Assembly: GCF_009914755.1 (NCBI RefSeq)
Contig: NC_060944.1
Origin: the human T2T-CHM13v2.0 reference genome, Homo sapiens
Length of the DNA stretch: 64,000 nt
Reading direction: 5' to 3' (one strand)
The notes under the pieces are model-generated. The model searched no databases. It was not told the origin of the DNA and was given only the letters and a program-made list of their open reading frames with translations. The position numbers and the translations under genes were made by a program. Position 1 is the first letter of the stretch. Each line of letters begins with the position of its first letter. Shown here piece by piece: positions 62,201 through 64,000 of this stretch.

Positions 62201-63250
62201 CACATCACAAAGCATTTTCACAGACAGCAAGCTTCTAGGTTTTTTCCGCAGGATATTCTGTTTTTCACTGTAGGCCTCAATGGGCTGTGACATGTTTATT
62301 GGTAGATACTACAAAAAGACTGTTTTCAGCCTGCTGAATCAAAAGAAAGGTATAACTCTTTGAGATGAACCCACACATCCTAAAGCATTTTCACACATAG
62401 CTTACTTATAGTTTTTATCGTGAGATATTCTGTTTTTCACTATAGACCTCCATGGGCTCCGAAATGTCCCCTTGTAGATTCCAGAAAAAGAGTTTTTCCA
62501 AAGTGCTGAATTAAAACAAAGGTTTAACTGTGTGACATTATTTTACAGATCACAAAGCATTTTCACGGATAGCTTGTTTCTAGTTTTTGTTGCAGGATAT
62601 TTGGTTTTAAACTCCAGGCCTCAATGTGCTTCAAAATGTCTCACCTTAGATTCTACAAAAAACTTGTTTCCAACGTGCTGAATCAAAACAAAAAGCTGGC
62701 TCTGTGAGATAATTCCATGCCTCGCAAAGGCTTTTGACAGATAGCTTGCATCAAGTTTTCATCGCGGGATATTCCATTTTTCTCTATAGGCATCAGTGGG
62801 CTCTAAAATGTCCCTTTGTAGATTCTACAGTGAAAGTGTTTCTAAACTGCTGAATTAAAACAAAGATTTAGCTTTGTGAGATAAATCCAGACATCACAAA
62901 ACATTTCACTGATAGTTTGTTTCTAGTTTTTATCGCAGGATAGTCAGTTTCTTACTATAGGCCTCAATTTGCTCTGTAATAGCCCCTCTTAGATTCCAGA
63001 AAAGGAGAGTTTCCAGCCTACTGAATCACAAGAAATGTTTAACTCTGTGAGATAAAATCACACATTGGAAAGCATTTTCAGACATAGCTTCTTTGTAGTT
63101 TTTATCGCGGGATATTTGGTGTTTCACTATAGGCCTCAATGGATTTTGAAATCTTCCCTCATAGGGACACAAAAAAAAGGGTCTATCCTTCTGAATCAAA
63201 ACAAAGTTTTAACTGTGAAAAGAAAGCCACACATAGCAAAGGATTTTTAC
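53234..63250. repeat. Diverged monomeric alpha satellite, ~57 monomers of ~171 bp
   Basis: Tandem unit ~ttttcacagatagcttgtttctagtttttatc.gggatattcggtttttcactataggcctcaatgggctctgaaatgtcccttcgtagattctacaaaaagagtgtttccaacctgctgaatcaaaacaaaggtttaactctgtgagatgaatccacacatcacaaagca, single orientation. Confidence 0.97.
55945..56237 (-). mobile_element. AluY inserted in alpha satellite
   Basis: Y diagnostics, ~16-bp internal deletion, near-TSD ataggttttt/atagcttttt; the monomer resumes in register. Confidence 0.92.
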
Positions 63251-63259
63251 CATATCTGC

Positions 63260-64000
63260 CAACAAGGAAACTCTTGTTCTCCCACTTTTATCAGAGGGCT
63301 GCCTGATTTCTATAGGATGAGAAGCAGGCAGCAGTGTCTGGATGTGCCTGCTCATGTAGGCTCTGTTACAATCATCTGCATGTTCTTCTTCATGTGGAGG
63401 GGATCTTTTATGGATCTGTTGCTGGGGGGACTGCCTCTCTCTACAGATCTTTTGGCTGCCAGGGATTTCAGGGAGCAAAAAATACTTCCAGTAGGCTGGC
63501 TGCACTCCAGGTTGTGAGTAGTGGTCTCACTATGGGGGATTGGGGTGTTTGCAGGAGGCTTTTGGGTCCTCTGGCAGGAATCCTTGAACATGGCTTGGAC
63601 TCTAGCACAGGCCCTCTCATTCTCCAAGGCAAGCATTGATTTTCCATTGCTTTCATGAGGAGTCCATACTACTCTTCATCAGTGCTCCTAAACACACTTT
63701 TTTGGCTTGCAATTACCTCAGACGGCCACTGAGACACTCTCTGAACTGCATCTGCACCCATGAGGTCAGTTCGAAGTGTGAGACTTCTGCTTCACCTTGA
63801 ACTTGCCTTTCTCATGTTTCCTGCCTTTCCCAGAGAGCCATGTTGAGTAGCAGGAGCCCCTGTGAGGCCCAGGATGAAGGGAGGCAGTGAGCTCAAGGGC
63901 CCTGCCATTTTCTGCTGACATCTGCCTCTGGGGTCTTGGGTATGATTTCATCACCTGGACACCCCTTAACATCTCAGCAGACTGTATTCCCTTCCCCATG
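63260..64000. repeat. SST1 (NBL2)-like satellite, diverged, continues past the window end
   Basis: gggatttcagggagcaaaa...gtaggctggctgcactccaggttgtg...gcaggaggcttttgggtcctctg...gaggcccaggatgaagggaggcagtgag match my recall of the SST1 consensus. Confidence 0.8.

Noticed and set aside
63065-63999. Overlapping 60-150 aa ORFs
   Set aside because: They span alphoid/SST1 satellite with higher GC; no recognisable domain

Overview
Primate (almost certainly human) pericentromeric-type genomic DNA with no intact protein-coding gene. It is a four-part mosaic. (1) 1-~44.7 kb is AT-rich and Alu-poor, full of old L1M, L2/MIR, MaLR/ERV LTRs and DNA transposons. It carries a retrotransposed copy of CFTR exon 10 (legacy exon 9) with flanking intron (6671-7537), which shows the complete signature of an L1 3'-transduction: inverted L1 stub, AATAAA, poly(A) and a 12-bp TSD. 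(2) ~44.7-53.2 kb is an Alu-dense block joined through a TSD-less Alu that amputates a MER57A provirus. (3) ~53.2-63.25 kb is an ancient, diverged monomeric alpha-satellite array with no CENP-B boxes and one AluY. It shows hidden 6-, 7- and 13-monomer duplication spacings and a 30-bp templated insertion at its left junction. (4) A diverged SST1-like satellite runs off the end. Nearly all ORFs in the supplied track are repeat-derived or chance ORFs. I found no evidence for a new multi-gene system. The most interesting signals are mechanistic fossils: the transduction, the junction templating and the vestigial higher-order alphoid structure. Repeat subfamily names come from recall of consensus sequences, not from a search.
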